Notes under the pieces: generated by a model
What the model saw: the letters and a program-made list of their open reading frames with translations, nothing else
What the model was told of the DNA's origin: nothing
The model's database searches: none
Position numbers and translations under genes: made by a program
Assembly (NCBI GenBank): GCA_963771465.1
Contig: CAVYTU010000014.1
Coordinates: 800,001 to 864,000 of the forward strand
Origin: an uncultured delta proteobacterium
GTDB taxonomy: Bacteria; Desulfobacterota; Binatia; UBA9968
DNA: 64,000 nucleotides
Reading direction: 5' to 3'
Part shown: in pieces, positions 1 through 11,457 of the stretch
Layout: each line of letters begins with the position of its first letter
Numbering within the stretch: the stretch's first letter is position 1

Positions 1-2
1 AG

Positions 3-878
3 CTGTTTGCCGACGCGGGCTTTCTGACGGTTACGATCGACCGGCCACAACCTATCCCTAGCGATGCCTACGATCAGTATCGGGTCTCGCCGCGCCATGC
101 CAATGACATCGTCGCAGTCTTGCTGGAGGTCAACACACTCTACAATGCGAGTCCATTGGATGTGTTTCTCGCCGGAACCAGCCGCGGCGCGTTGTCCGTC
201 ATCGCGCAGAATAGCTTGGGTATCGGCAGCCTGCTTTCGAGCCCGGTAAATTCGGCGAACGATGGACTCTGGGTAGGCTCAGATTCGCCGCACCTGCGAC
301 TTGTGCCGAGCTTCGTGACCGTCCCCGTTCACGTGCTTGCTCACTCGCAAGACGCCTGTTCCGTATCAACAGCAGCCAATTCCAAAAATTTGCACAATGA
401 CTTTCACGCGGCTGGCGTCGAGGCATTTTTCAATAGCGTCGACGGCGGCTTCGTGGTCGACGCCGACCCTTGCAACGCCACGACGTTTCATGGCTTTCTG
501 GGTATCGAAAGGAGCGCGGTCCAGAAGATCACCGACCGAATGGAATATTTCTTAAAAAAGCAAAGTAAAGACGCGCCGGGAAATAGCAATCCCACGCTGC
601 TAGCCAACGCGCCTCATTTAGCCTCGACGGCCACGGATACGCCTGTAACGATCGATTTGGCGGGACTTGCTCTCGATGCTGACAACGATCCGTTAACCTA
701 TCGGCTGCCGCATGCCGCCTCGAACCGTGGTGGGTCGCTCAGTTTGAATGGTTCGACTGTCGAGTACACGCCACCTTTGGGCTTTACCAATCGAACCGAC
801 GGGTTTGTCTTTCAGATCGCTGACGGAAACGGGGGCAAAAGTAATGGTGTGATTCTGATCGCTGTCGGAGTGCCTTGA
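3..878 (+). CDS. 5'-truncated alpha/beta-hydrolase-like protein with C-terminal Ig-like (Big_9/cadherin-like) domain
   Basis: Frame is open from nt 3 (LFADAGFLTVTIDRP...). It has a G-T-S-R-G nucleophile elbow, a DxC...H segment, and a C-terminal D-A-D-N-D-P-L-T-Y...Y-T-P...F-x-F-Q-I-A-D-G Ig-like repeat. Confidence 0.6.
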   Translation: MFADAGFLTVTIDRPQPIPSDAYDQYRVSPRHANDIVAVLLEVNTLYNASPLDVFLAGTSRGALSVIAQNSLGIGSLLSSPVNSANDGLWVGSDSPHLRLVPSFVTVPVHVLAHSQDACSVSTAANSKNLHNDFHAAGVEAFFNSVDGGFVVDADPCNATTFHGFLGIERSAVQKITDRMEYFLKKQSKDAPGNSNPTLLANAPHLASTATDTPVTIDLAGLALDADNDPLTYRLPHAASNRGGSLSLNGSTVEYTPPLGFTNRTDGFVFQIADGNGGKSNGVILIAVGVP

Positions 879-910
879 GCTCTAATCGCACACGGAAACC
901 CTCGTCGCCC

Positions 911-945
911 AAAAAAATGGCTGAGACGATGCTTCAGCCATTTTT
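911..945. terminator. bidirectional intrinsic terminator
   Basis: AAAAATGGCTGA-n9-TCAGCCATTTTT between convergent genes. Confidence 0.75.
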
Positions 946-974
946 ACTTGGTCGACAAAAGAATCGGTTAAGAT

Positions 975-1247
975 TTAGCCCTTCTTGGCTTTAAACCAGT
1001 CGGCGTCGATTTGGATGAAGTGCTTCCACTTGTCCGGAGTCGCTGCTTCTTCGAAGATCGCCTCCACCGGGCAGACTGGCTCGCAAGCGCCACAGTCGAT
1101 GCATTCTTCAGGATCGATATAGAGCTTCGTTTCTTTCTCGAATTCCTCAGCTTCGTTTTTGGTCGGGTGAATGCAATCGACCGGGCAAACGTCCACGCAA
1201 GCAGTATCTTTGGTGCCAATGCAAGGCTCAGCAATAATGTAGGTCAT
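975..1247 (-). CDS. dicluster (7Fe/4Fe-4S) ferredoxin
   Basis: Motifs C..TKDTACVDVCPVDCIH and CIDCGACEPVCP; RBS AGGAGG. Confidence 0.92.
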   Translation of the reverse strand: MTYIIAEPCIGTKDTACVDVCPVDCIHPTKNEAEEFEKETKLYIDPEECIDCGACEPVCPVEAIFEEAATPDKWKHFIQIDADWFKAKKG

Positions 1248-1401
1248 CTCATCCTCCTAGATTCAGACTTCAATTCTAGTAGCAAATCGACTTTCCCAAG
1301 TCAATTAATCCAATGAGCGCCCATTGCCGTTTCGCGTCGAGACCTCACCTTGACCGTACGTCGGTGTGGTGCTAGAGGAAAACAGAAAGGAATCCCTCGC
1401 A

Positions 1402-2472
1402 ATGCAGAAACTCTTTGCTGTCATAGGCGTGGCATGGCTTGCCATCGGCTTCGCTCCGTTCGCACATGCGGCCACCGTTGAAGAGGTGATCAAGACCGTT
1501 CGCAGTTTAGCTCCGGCCCAGCGCAAGGCGGCACTGGAAGAAGGCGCAAAAAAAGAAGGCCAACTGGCCTGGTACACGTCGATGAGTTTGACCGACTTCC
1601 CAAGGGTCGTGGCGGCTTTCGAAAAATCCGCTCCGGGCGTGAAGGTCAATGCTTACCGGCTGGCGCAATCTTCGATCATGAATAAAATCGACACGGAAGC
1701 GCGCGCGGGCCGCTATGCCGTCGATATCGTTACCGCTTCGCCGGTAGAGATGTGGGAGCTAAAACAGAAAAATTACTCGACATCGTACCTCTCGCCCGAG
1801 CTCAAGGCTTTTCCCAGCGGCGCCTACGATCCGCAAGGCTTCTGGTCGTCCTTCGAAGTGACGCCAATCGTGTTGGCCTTTAACACCAAGCAAGTCACGC
1901 AGGAGGAGGCGCCCAAAAGCTATCAGGATCTGCTCCTGCCCAAATGGAAAGGCAAGATGAATTTCGGTACCGATGAGCACGCCTGGTTCTCAACTATGTT
2001 AGACGGTATGGGGAAAGCCAAGGGGCTTGAGTTCATGAAGGGGCTGGCCAAACAGCAACTGCATTTTCCGGGATCGAGCAGTGTGATGAGAGTGCAACTG
2101 ATGCTGGGAGGTGAATCAGCGATGGTCATCGCCGCGCGTGGCCGGCGGGTAACGGAACTCAAGGAAAAAGGCGCACCGATCGATTATCGGATTCTCGATC
2201 CCTATCCTGCTGAGCCGAGCTCACTGGCGATTATGCGGCGCGCCTCGCATCCGCACGGGGCGATATTGTTCGCAGATTGGCTGATGTCGGAAGAAGGTCA
2301 GACATTTATGGCGCAGCAAATTCCACGCATGACGCTACGCAAGGGCATAAAACAAATCCCACGCTATCAAGAGTTGTACAAAAAGGAATTTGTTTTTGTC
2401 AATCCTGCCTCGCTGGGTCCAAATCTAAACGAGGTGATAGCGAGCTATCAGCAGATATTCAACGTCCGCTGA
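1402..2472 (+). CDS. ABC transporter solute-binding protein (Fe3+/thiamine-like family)
   Basis: Signal peptide; motifs AKKEG.L.WYTS, PKSYQDLL.PKWKGK, HPHGA.LF.DWL.SEEGQ. Confidence 0.85.
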   Translation: MQKLFAVIGVAWLAIGFAPFAHAATVEEVIKTVRSLAPAQRKAALEEGAKKEGQLAWYTSMSLTDFPRVVAAFEKSAPGVKVNAYRLAQSSIMNKIDTEARAGRYAVDIVTASPVEMWELKQKNYSTSYLSPELKAFPSGAYDPQGFWSSFEVTPIVLAFNTKQVTQEEAPKSYQDLLLPKWKGKMNFGTDEHAWFSTMLDGMGKAKGLEFMKGLAKQQLHFPGSSSVMRVQLMLGGESAMVIAARGRRVTELKEKGAPIDYRILDPYPAEPSSLAIMRRASHPHGAILFADWLMSEEGQTFMAQQIPRMTLRKGIKQIPRYQELYKKEFVFVNPASLGPNLNEVIASYQQIFNVR

Positions 2473-2520
2473 GCTGATCGTTGTCTCGAACCTTCGAGTT
2501 GTACGCGCTACCTTTAAGTC

Positions 2521-2970
2521 ATGCCTGTTGAGTTCGCCCGGCGTGGCGCCGGGAGGAAGTATCCCACGGCAGTGCTGCGCAACATCGCTCGCGAGCTTTT
2601 GGCGCTACTCAATCAGCAGGGCGCCGAATTGAGTGTGGCGTTGGTCGGCGATAAGGAAATGCGCCCGCTCAATGCCAAGTATCGAAAGAAAAATCAGACT
2701 ACAGATGTGCTGTCATTCTTCGTCGCCGATCAACCGAAGGCGAGTCCGATCATACTCGGCGACGTGATTATTTCCGTCGAACAGGCGCGGCGCCAGGCAA
2801 AAGCGCGCAAGAAAACCCTCAAAAGCGAGATGGTGACGTTATTGATTCATGGCATTCTCCACTTGCTGGGCTACGACCACGAGCGTTCCGAGCGTCAGGC
2901 CAAGGTCATGTTCGCCCTGGAACGAAAACTTCACGCGCGCCTTTGTGAGCGCGGCCTATTGAAGGTATAA
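2521..2970 (+). CDS. ybeY: rRNA maturation endoribonuclease YbeY
   Basis: Motifs TDVLSF, LGDVIIS and HGILHLLGYDH (metal binding). Confidence 0.95.
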   Translation: MPVEFARRGAGRKYPTAVLRNIARELLALLNQQGAELSVALVGDKEMRPLNAKYRKKNQTTDVLSFFVADQPKASPIILGDVIISVEQARRQAKARKKTLKSEMVTLLIHGILHLLGYDHERSERQAKVMFALERKLHARLCERGLLKV

Positions 2971-3036
2971 TCGAAACATCGGCAGTCAGGGATTGAAAGT
3001 AAGAATTCACTAGTGAGAATTCGGAATTGAGCCACG

Positions 3037-4141
3037 ATGTTAGAAGAAACTTCAGAACAACTTACCCACCTCGAAGAGCGGCTTGAGCTACTGCGGAGGC
3101 GACTTTGACGTCGACGCCAAGCAGAAGCGCGTTGCGGAACTGAACCAAGCCACCGCTCAGTCGGATTTTTGGAACGACGCCGACAAGGCGCAAAGCGTAC
3201 TCAAAGAACAGTCTACCCTCAAAAGCGTTCTCGCCAGTTGGGAGAAACATCAAGCCGATCTTGCGGAGGCGAGATTTTTTCTCGACGTCGCCAAAGACGA
3301 GAAGAGCGACGAGGCGCTCAGCGAAGCGGCCAGCAAGGTCGACGCGGTCACCAAGGAGATGGCGCAGACCGAACTGACGCAGCTGCTCGGTGAGCCCGAT
3401 GACCGGCGCAATGCCATAGTCACGCTTCACCCCGGCGCCGGCGGCACTGAGGCGCAGGATTGGGCGGAAATTCTTTTGCGCATGTATCTGCGCTGGTGCG
3501 ACCGACGCGGTTTTCGCAAAGAGATTCTCGACTATCAGCCGGGCGAAGAAGCGGGAGTTAAAAGCGTTACCTTCAACGTCACCGGCGACTATGCCTTCGG
3601 CTACCTCAAAGCCGAAGCCGGTATTCACCGCTTGGTGCGAATCTCGCCGTTCGATGCCAACTCCCGCCGTCACACTTCATTCGCTTCCGTGTTTGTTTAT
3701 CCTGAGGTCGACGACGATATCAAAATCGAAATCAACGATGACGATCTGCGCGTTGATACTTACCGATCGAGCGGCGCCGGCGGCCAGCATGTGAACAAGA
3801 CCGACTCAGCAGTGCGTTTGACCCATCTGCCGACCAATATTGTCGTGGCGTGTCAAAACCAACGGTCGCAGCACAAAAACCGCGCTATGGCGATGAAGAT
3901 TCTCAAATCGCGGCTCTACGAATTGGAATTGGTGAAGCAAAAAGAAAAGATGGAGTCCTACCACAAAACCAAGAAAGACATCGCTTGGGGCAGCCAAATC
4001 CGCTCCTATGTGCTCGCTCCCTATCGCCTGGTCAAGGACCACCGCACCAACGTCGAAGTCGGCAACGCCGACGCGGTACTCGACGGCGACATCGATCAGT
4101 TCATCGAAGCCTACTTGATGATGGCGGACGAGCCGGCTTGA
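3037..4141 (+). CDS. prfB: peptide chain release factor 2, translated via programmed +1 frameshift
   Basis: ATG at 3037 gives 23 codons ending CTT-TGA-C (3103-3109). The +1 frame continues DVDAKQ... with SPF and GGQ motifs. Confidence 0.97.
3095..3109 (+). promoter_or_regulatory. RF2 programmed frameshift site (internal SD plus CTT TGA C)
   Basis: Sequence GGAGG-cga-CTTTGAC matches the canonical prfB slippery site. Confidence 0.95.
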
Positions 4142-4341
4142 AACAGTGAAAGGTGAGCCGTGCCGCCTCAGCCTCGGCACGTTTAAGTCAAACCGCGCGG
4201 AACTTTTCCGCAACTTTATTGGTTCGGAAAGCACCGAATCGGAGCAGCGCTCTCGGTGTGCCGATTTTTTGTCTTGCACCGGTTCTACGAAGATGATCTC
4301 CTCAGCATCGAACGGGTTAGCACTGAATCGTGGGAGGGTTT

Positions 4342-5529
4342 ATGGAAATGGAGATTCCAAACGCCGCTGGACACGTTACCAACCTTGAATCGGCCGTCTT
4401 AGAGCGATACGGCAACGCCGCTCAAGAAGTCGAAGCTTGTTTATGTCTACCGGTGAGCTACGACAAGGCGTTGTTGGAGGTCATCCCGGAGGAGATCATT
4501 GAAAAAGACTACGGCTGCGGCGATCCGTCGCGCTATATCGGCGCGGGCGAAACCGTTCTCGATCTCGGTTCCGGCAGCGGTAAGGCTTGCTACATTATTG
4601 CGCAGATCGTCGGCGCAAACGGCAAAGTAATAGGCGTCGATTTCAATCCGCCGATGCTGGCGCTGGCGCGCAAGTACCAAAAATCGATCGGCGATAAACT
4701 CGGTTATCACAATGTCGAATTTCGGCGCGGCAAAGTTCAGGATTTGCAAACCAATCTCGACTTGGTCGATGACTATCTGCAAACTAATCCGGTACGGTCC
4801 GTGGCCGAACTGGCCAAGCTCCATGAATTTGAAGCGAAGACTTGCCGAGAGCAGCCGCTCATCGCCGATGAGTCGATCGATGTGATTGTGTCCAACTGCG
4901 TGCTCAATCTGGTGCGCCCGGAAGACAAGACGCAGCTGTTTACCGAGATGTATCGCGTGCTCAAGCGCGGCGGGCGGATTGCCATTTCCGATATCGTCAG
5001 CGATGAAACAGTGCCCGAGCATTTGGCCAAAGATCCCGATCTGTGGAGCGCCTGCGTTTCCGGCGCGTTTCAGGAAGAAGAGTTTTTGCGCGCCTTCGAG
5101 GACGCGAAATTTCACGGCATCCAGATCGAAGAGCTGCGCACGGAAGCTTATCAGACCGTCGAAGGCATCGAGTTCCGCGCCGTGACGGTGACGGCTTATA
5201 AAGGAAAAGAAGGGCCATGCATGGAGCGCAACCATGCGGTGATCTACCGCGGGCCTTGGAAGCAAGTGGTCGATGACGACGGCCACACGTTGGAGCGCGG
5301 CGCGCGCACGGCGGTGTGCGCCAAGACTTTCAACCTCTACGCGCGGCCGCCTTACGCGGGGCAGTTCATTCTCATGCCGCCGCGCGAAGAAGTGCGCCTG
5401 GAGAACGCCGGAGTTTTCGATTGCTCGCGCGATCACAAACGCCATCCGCGCGAGACCAAGGGGTTGGAGTACAACGTCACGAAGCTTTCCGGCGCCGTGT
5501 GCGGGCCGGATTCGAATTGCTGCACTTGA
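4342..5529 (+). CDS. SAM-dependent methyltransferase, arsenite-methyltransferase (ArsM)-like, Cys-rich
   Basis: Motifs DYGCGDP, LDLGSGSG, VSNCVLNL, WSACVSGA, GKEGPC; C-terminal C...CCT. Confidence 0.8.
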   Translation: MEMEIPNAAGHVTNLESAVLERYGNAAQEVEACLCLPVSYDKALLEVIPEEIIEKDYGCGDPSRYIGAGETVLDLGSGSGKACYIIAQIVGANGKVIGVDFNPPMLALARKYQKSIGDKLGYHNVEFRRGKVQDLQTNLDLVDDYLQTNPVRSVAELAKLHEFEAKTCREQPLIADESIDVIVSNCVLNLVRPEDKTQLFTEMYRVLKRGGRIAISDIVSDETVPEHLAKDPDLWSACVSGAFQEEEFLRAFEDAKFHGIQIEELRTEAYQTVEGIEFRAVTVTAYKGKEGPCMERNHAVIYRGPWKQVVDDDGHTLERGARTAVCAKTFNLYARPPYAGQFILMPPREEVRLENAGVFDCSRDHKRHPRETKGLEYNVTKLSGAVCGPDSNCCT

Positions 5530-5531
5530 AA

Positions 5532-5566
5532 TAATGGACAATGGAAAATTGATAATTGAAAATTAT
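5532..5566. repeat. degenerate 7-nt tandem repeat (nAATkGA x5)
   Basis: taatgga caatgga aaattga taattga aaattat, immediately after the methyltransferase stop. Confidence 0.6.
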
Positions 5567-5623
5567 CGGAGCAGGGCCGGCGACATTTCACACGTCAACG
5601 GCTCGCGATTCTCATAGATCGTC

Positions 5624-6604
5624 ATGCAGCCGTTTGTCGAGAAACTGAGGCTCAACGGCGCCGGTCTTCGGCGCCGGGCCGTCGACGTGCTGCAGGTCAA
5701 TTTGGGGCGCTACTGCAATCTGGCTTGCATTCACTGCCATGTCGAGGCCGGACCGACGCGCACGGAAATGATGAGCCGGGAAAACGTCGACGCGGTGCTG
5801 CGCTTGCTTGCCAACACTAGCATTCCGACACTCGATATTACCGGCGGCGCGCCGGAGTTACATGACGACTTCGATTACTTGGTTGAATCAGCGCGCCAAC
5901 TTGGACGGCATGTGATGGATCGCTGCAATCTGACGGTTATCTTCGAGCCAGGTAAAGACTATCTACCGGAGTTTTTTCGTCGCCATGGAGTCGAGCTGGT
6001 TTGCTCGTTGCCTTGTTATTCGATCGAGAACGTCGATAAGCAGCGCGGCAAAGGGACGTTTGACGGCAGCATTCGCGCGCTGCAGATCTTCAATGAACTC
6101 GGCTACGGCAAACCGGGGAGCGGCTTGACGATGAATCTTGTCTACAATCCGGTCGGTCCGCACTTGCCGCCGCCGCAGGAGAAGCTGGAGCAGGACTACA
6201 AACGAATCTTGCGCGAACAATTTAGTATCGAATTCAATCATCTGTTCTGCCTCACCAACATGCCGATCACCCGCTACGCCACTCATCTCAAGCTGCGTGG
6301 TGAGTACGACCCGTATATGGAATTGCTCGAAACCAACTTCAACCCCGGCACGGTCGACCAAGTGATGTGCCGCAATCTAATCAGCATCGGTTGGGACGGT
6401 TGGGTTTATGATTGTGACTTCAATCAGATGCTCGATTTGCCGATTGCCAACGGCGACGGCAAACGCTTGCACATTTCATCACTGACGCTCGATCAGCTTG
6501 CCGAACCGGCCATTACGGTCGGCAACCACTGTTACGCGTGCACCGCCGGTGCCGGCAGCAGCTGCGGCGGCACGCTGATTTCAGAATATTCGGCAGTCCC
6601 ATAA
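5624..6604 (+). CDS. arsS: radical SAM / Cys-rich domain protein (ArsS-like, arsenosugar biosynthesis type)
   Basis: CNLACIHC (CxxxCxxC), DITGGAPE, YDCDFNQML, C-terminal HCYACTAGAGSSCGG. Confidence 0.88.
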   Translation: MQPFVEKLRLNGAGLRRRAVDVLQVNLGRYCNLACIHCHVEAGPTRTEMMSRENVDAVLRLLANTSIPTLDITGGAPELHDDFDYLVESARQLGRHVMDRCNLTVIFEPGKDYLPEFFRRHGVELVCSLPCYSIENVDKQRGKGTFDGSIRALQIFNELGYGKPGSGLTMNLVYNPVGPHLPPPQEKLEQDYKRILREQFSIEFNHLFCLTNMPITRYATHLKLRGEYDPYMELLETNFNPGTVDQVMCRNLISIGWDGWVYDCDFNQMLDLPIANGDGKRLHISSLTLDQLAEPAITVGNHCYACTAGAGSSCGGTLISEYSAVP

Positions 6605-6663
6605 GACATACTGCGCCAACGACCACGCAACCCAACAAAGGCGTCTTGCATCCAACGACAATC

Positions 6664-8916
<2,253 letters not shown>

Positions 8917-8947
8917 GAAGACGGTGAGGAGTAAAGAGAAGGATTTC

Positions 8948-9787
8948 GTGGGGCGAATTTTTACTCGGGCGATTGTCGTAATTACGATGCTAGTCGGCGC
9001 TGATTGGGCACAGGCCGCGTCGAAGGCGGAGCTTTGGCCGCGATGGCAGAAACATGATCCAAATAGCCGGCAGCAAATTGATCATAGCGTGTGGGAAAGT
9101 TTTCTTAAGCAGAACGTTGTCGCGCCGCATCCTTCGGGAGTTAACCGGGTGCGTTATAACGGTGTCAGCCCGGAGGATCAAAAATCTTTGAAGAGTTATC
9201 TGCAGGCGCTCCAAGCGCTGGCGATTTCAAACTACAACCGCGACGAGCAAAAGGCCTACTGGATCAATCTATACAATGCCTTCACCGTCGATCTGATCAT
9301 TTCCCGTTTTCCCGTGGCATCGATTCGCGACATCAATATTTCTCCCGGCTTGTTGGCGCGCGGACCCTGGGGCGCGAAGTTGCTGACGATCGAAGGGGAG
9401 AAGCTTTCTCTCGACGACATCGAACACCGGATTCTCAGACCGATCTGGCGTGACAATCGAATTCATTATGCGCTCAATTGCGCCAGCCTCGGCTGTCCGA
9501 ATCTTCAGCCGCGGGCTTACAACGCTGACAACTGCGAGGCGCTGTTGGAAAAAGGCGCGCGCGAGTTCATCAATCATCCGCGCGGCGTGTCGCTCCAAAA
9601 GGGTAAACTTCAGGTGTCGAGCATCTACGTGTGGTTTCAGGAAGACTTCGGCCACGGCGCGGCGGATCTGATGGAACACTGGCAAGAATACGCGGAGCCG
9701 ATGCTGGCCGGCGCGCTGGAAAAATACCAGGGCGGCTTGGTGCATGATTATGACTGGCGCTTGAATGGTGTCGAGACCAAGCCGTAA
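8948..9787 (+). CDS. DUF547 family secreted protein
   Basis: Signal peptide; motifs AYWINLYNA, SLDDIEH.ILR, RIHYALNCASLGCP, YDW.LN. Confidence 0.88.
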   Translation: MGRIFTRAIVVITMLVGADWAQAASKAELWPRWQKHDPNSRQQIDHSVWESFLKQNVVAPHPSGVNRVRYNGVSPEDQKSLKSYLQALQALAISNYNRDEQKAYWINLYNAFTVDLIISRFPVASIRDINISPGLLARGPWGAKLLTIEGEKLSLDDIEHRILRPIWRDNRIHYALNCASLGCPNLQPRAYNADNCEALLEKGAREFINHPRGVSLQKGKLQVSSIYVWFQEDFGHGAADLMEHWQEYAEPMLAGALEKYQGGLVHDYDWRLNGVETKP

Positions 9788-9891
9788 CGCACATTTACGG
9801 AAGTTCGCGGATTACATAACCGCGTTGATTTTGATTCGCCCATTTGGTTCAAAGCGGAATTCCATCGCTGCTCTGGTCGTAAAAGCCGCCG

Positions 9892-10569
9892 ATGAACATC
9901 TCGGTTATCGTTCCAGTTCTCAACGAGGAGAAAACCATCGCAACGACATTGGAAGCGTTGGTGACGCTGGCGCCCTACGAAATTATTATCGTCGACGGCG
10001 GCAGTGCGGATCGGACGCGCGAACTGGCCGGACAATTCCAGGTAAAAGTTATTTCCTCGGACCGCGGCCGAGGACGGCAGATGAATCGCGGCGCCAGCGA
10101 GGCGAGCGGTGATGTTTTGCTATTTCTTCACGCCGACACGCGTTTGCCGGCTTCGGCCCTGAACGACATCAAAGCGGCGCTCGGCGAGCCGCGCTATCTC
10201 GGCGGCCGCTTCGATGTCGAACTCGCCGGCGCACATTGGTTGCTGCCGCTGGTGGGCCGCCTGATCAGTTACCGTTCGCGGATTTCCAAAGTCGCCACCG
10301 GCGACCAGGCGCTGTTCGTGCGCCGCCAAGTTTTCGAGCGCATACGCGGTTTTCCTGATATGCCATTGCTGGAGGACGTCGCTTTTTGCCGGACGCTGAA
10401 ACGTCTCGGTGAAGTGGCCTGCTTGCGTAGCCGCGTGGTGACTTCGGCACGGCGCTGGGAAGTGGACGGAGTTTGGCGGACCATTTTCAGAATGTGGATA
10501 ATAAAATTGCTCTATCTCGTCGGCGTTTCACCGGCGCGCTTGAAACAATTCTATGCCGACACGCGCTAA
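9892..10569 (+). CDS. GT2 glycosyltransferase, TIGR04283-type (rSAM/selenodomain-associated transferase 2)
   Basis: Motifs VDGGS.D.T, GRG.QMN.GA, LFLHADT, GDQALF, EDV, TSARRW. Confidence 0.88.
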   Translation: MNISVIVPVLNEEKTIATTLEALVTLAPYEIIIVDGGSADRTRELAGQFQVKVISSDRGRGRQMNRGASEASGDVLLFLHADTRLPASALNDIKAALGEPRYLGGRFDVELAGAHWLLPLVGRLISYRSRISKVATGDQALFVRRQVFERIRGFPDMPLLEDVAFCRTLKRLGEVACLRSRVVTSARRWEVDGVWRTIFRMWIIKLLYLVGVSPARLKQFYADTR

Positions 10570-11260
10570 TGCGCTCGCCGTTATGACCAAGGCGCCGATT
10601 GCCGGGACCGTCAAGACGCGTTTGCAGCCACTTTTATCCGCCGCGGAGGCGGCGGATTTGGCGTGTGCTTTATTGCTGGACCAATTACATCATCTGCGCG
10701 CGCTGGAAAGCGCCGATCTCTACGTCGCCTTTACACCGCCCCAACAAGAAGCGCTGGTGCAACGGTTGGCGCCCGCGCCGTTCCAGTGTTTTCCCCAGAG
10801 CGAGGGCGATCTCGGCATGCGCATGCACAATATTTTCTCAGTGCTGTTTGCCAAAGAATATAAAAACGTCGTCCTCATCGGCGCCGACTTGCCGCCTATA
10901 CCATTGGATTATTTTGCTCAGGCCTATGACTATCTTGACGGTCCCCAGCCGCGGGTGGTTTTGGGGCCAAGCCGCGATGGCGGTTACTACTTGGTTGGGC
11001 TCAATTGTCCGATGCCCGCCATGTTCGAGAATATGACCTGGAGCCACGACCAGGTTTTCACCCAGACAGTCACCAGGCTCGCGGATCGGGGTATCGAAAC
11101 GCGCCAATTGCCGAGCTGGTTCGACGTCGACACGCCCGCTGACCTGCAGACTCTGATGACCCGAGTGGACGATGCGCACAATGTTTCAATGAAAAATACT
11201 CTCGAATTTCTTCGCCGTCTCGGCCGGCGCCGTCGGCGCGAGAAAACAAAACCGTTGTAG
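10553..11260 (+). CDS. TIGR04282-type transferase (DUF2064; rSAM/selenodomain-associated transferase 1)
   Basis: Motifs KAP..G.VKTRL, Q..GDLG.RM, IGAD.P, GPS.DGGYYLVG, DVDTP.DL. Confidence 0.88.
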   Translation: MPTRANALAVMTKAPIAGTVKTRLQPLLSAAEAADLACALLLDQLHHLRALESADLYVAFTPPQQEALVQRLAPAPFQCFPQSEGDLGMRMHNIFSVLFAKEYKNVVLIGADLPPIPLDYFAQAYDYLDGPQPRVVLGPSRDGGYYLVGLNCPMPAMFENMTWSHDQVFTQTVTRLADRGIETRQLPSWFDVDTPADLQTLMTRVDDAHNVSMKNTLEFLRRLGRRRRREKTKPL

Positions 11261-11457
11261 TTCCCGCGCGCGGCAAATCGGGATCAAAACAGCGGATGCA
11301 CTGGCGCGGCAACTTTGCGAATCATTTTTTTCCACCGAGGTTGTACTTTGTCCGGTAATATTCGATCTTTATTTAGAGATCATCGGTACGAAAAATGGCC
11401 GGGCGATGCGCTGCTTTCGGCGCTCGGGTTATTTGCAACTAGACTCGCGGAGACCCT

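Noticed and set aside
3003-3016. GAATTCACTAGTGA resembling a cloning-vector polylinker
   Set aside because: Only a 14-nt match inside a normal ybeY-prfB spacer; most likely chance.
5518-5566. Sec read-through at the ArsM-like gene's CCT-TGA end
   Set aside because: No hairpin follows, only an AT-rich heptamer repeat, and CC-x-stop is a normal ending for this family.
6530-6604. Sec in the ArsS C-terminal GSSxGG motif
   Set aside because: The codon is TGC (Cys) here.
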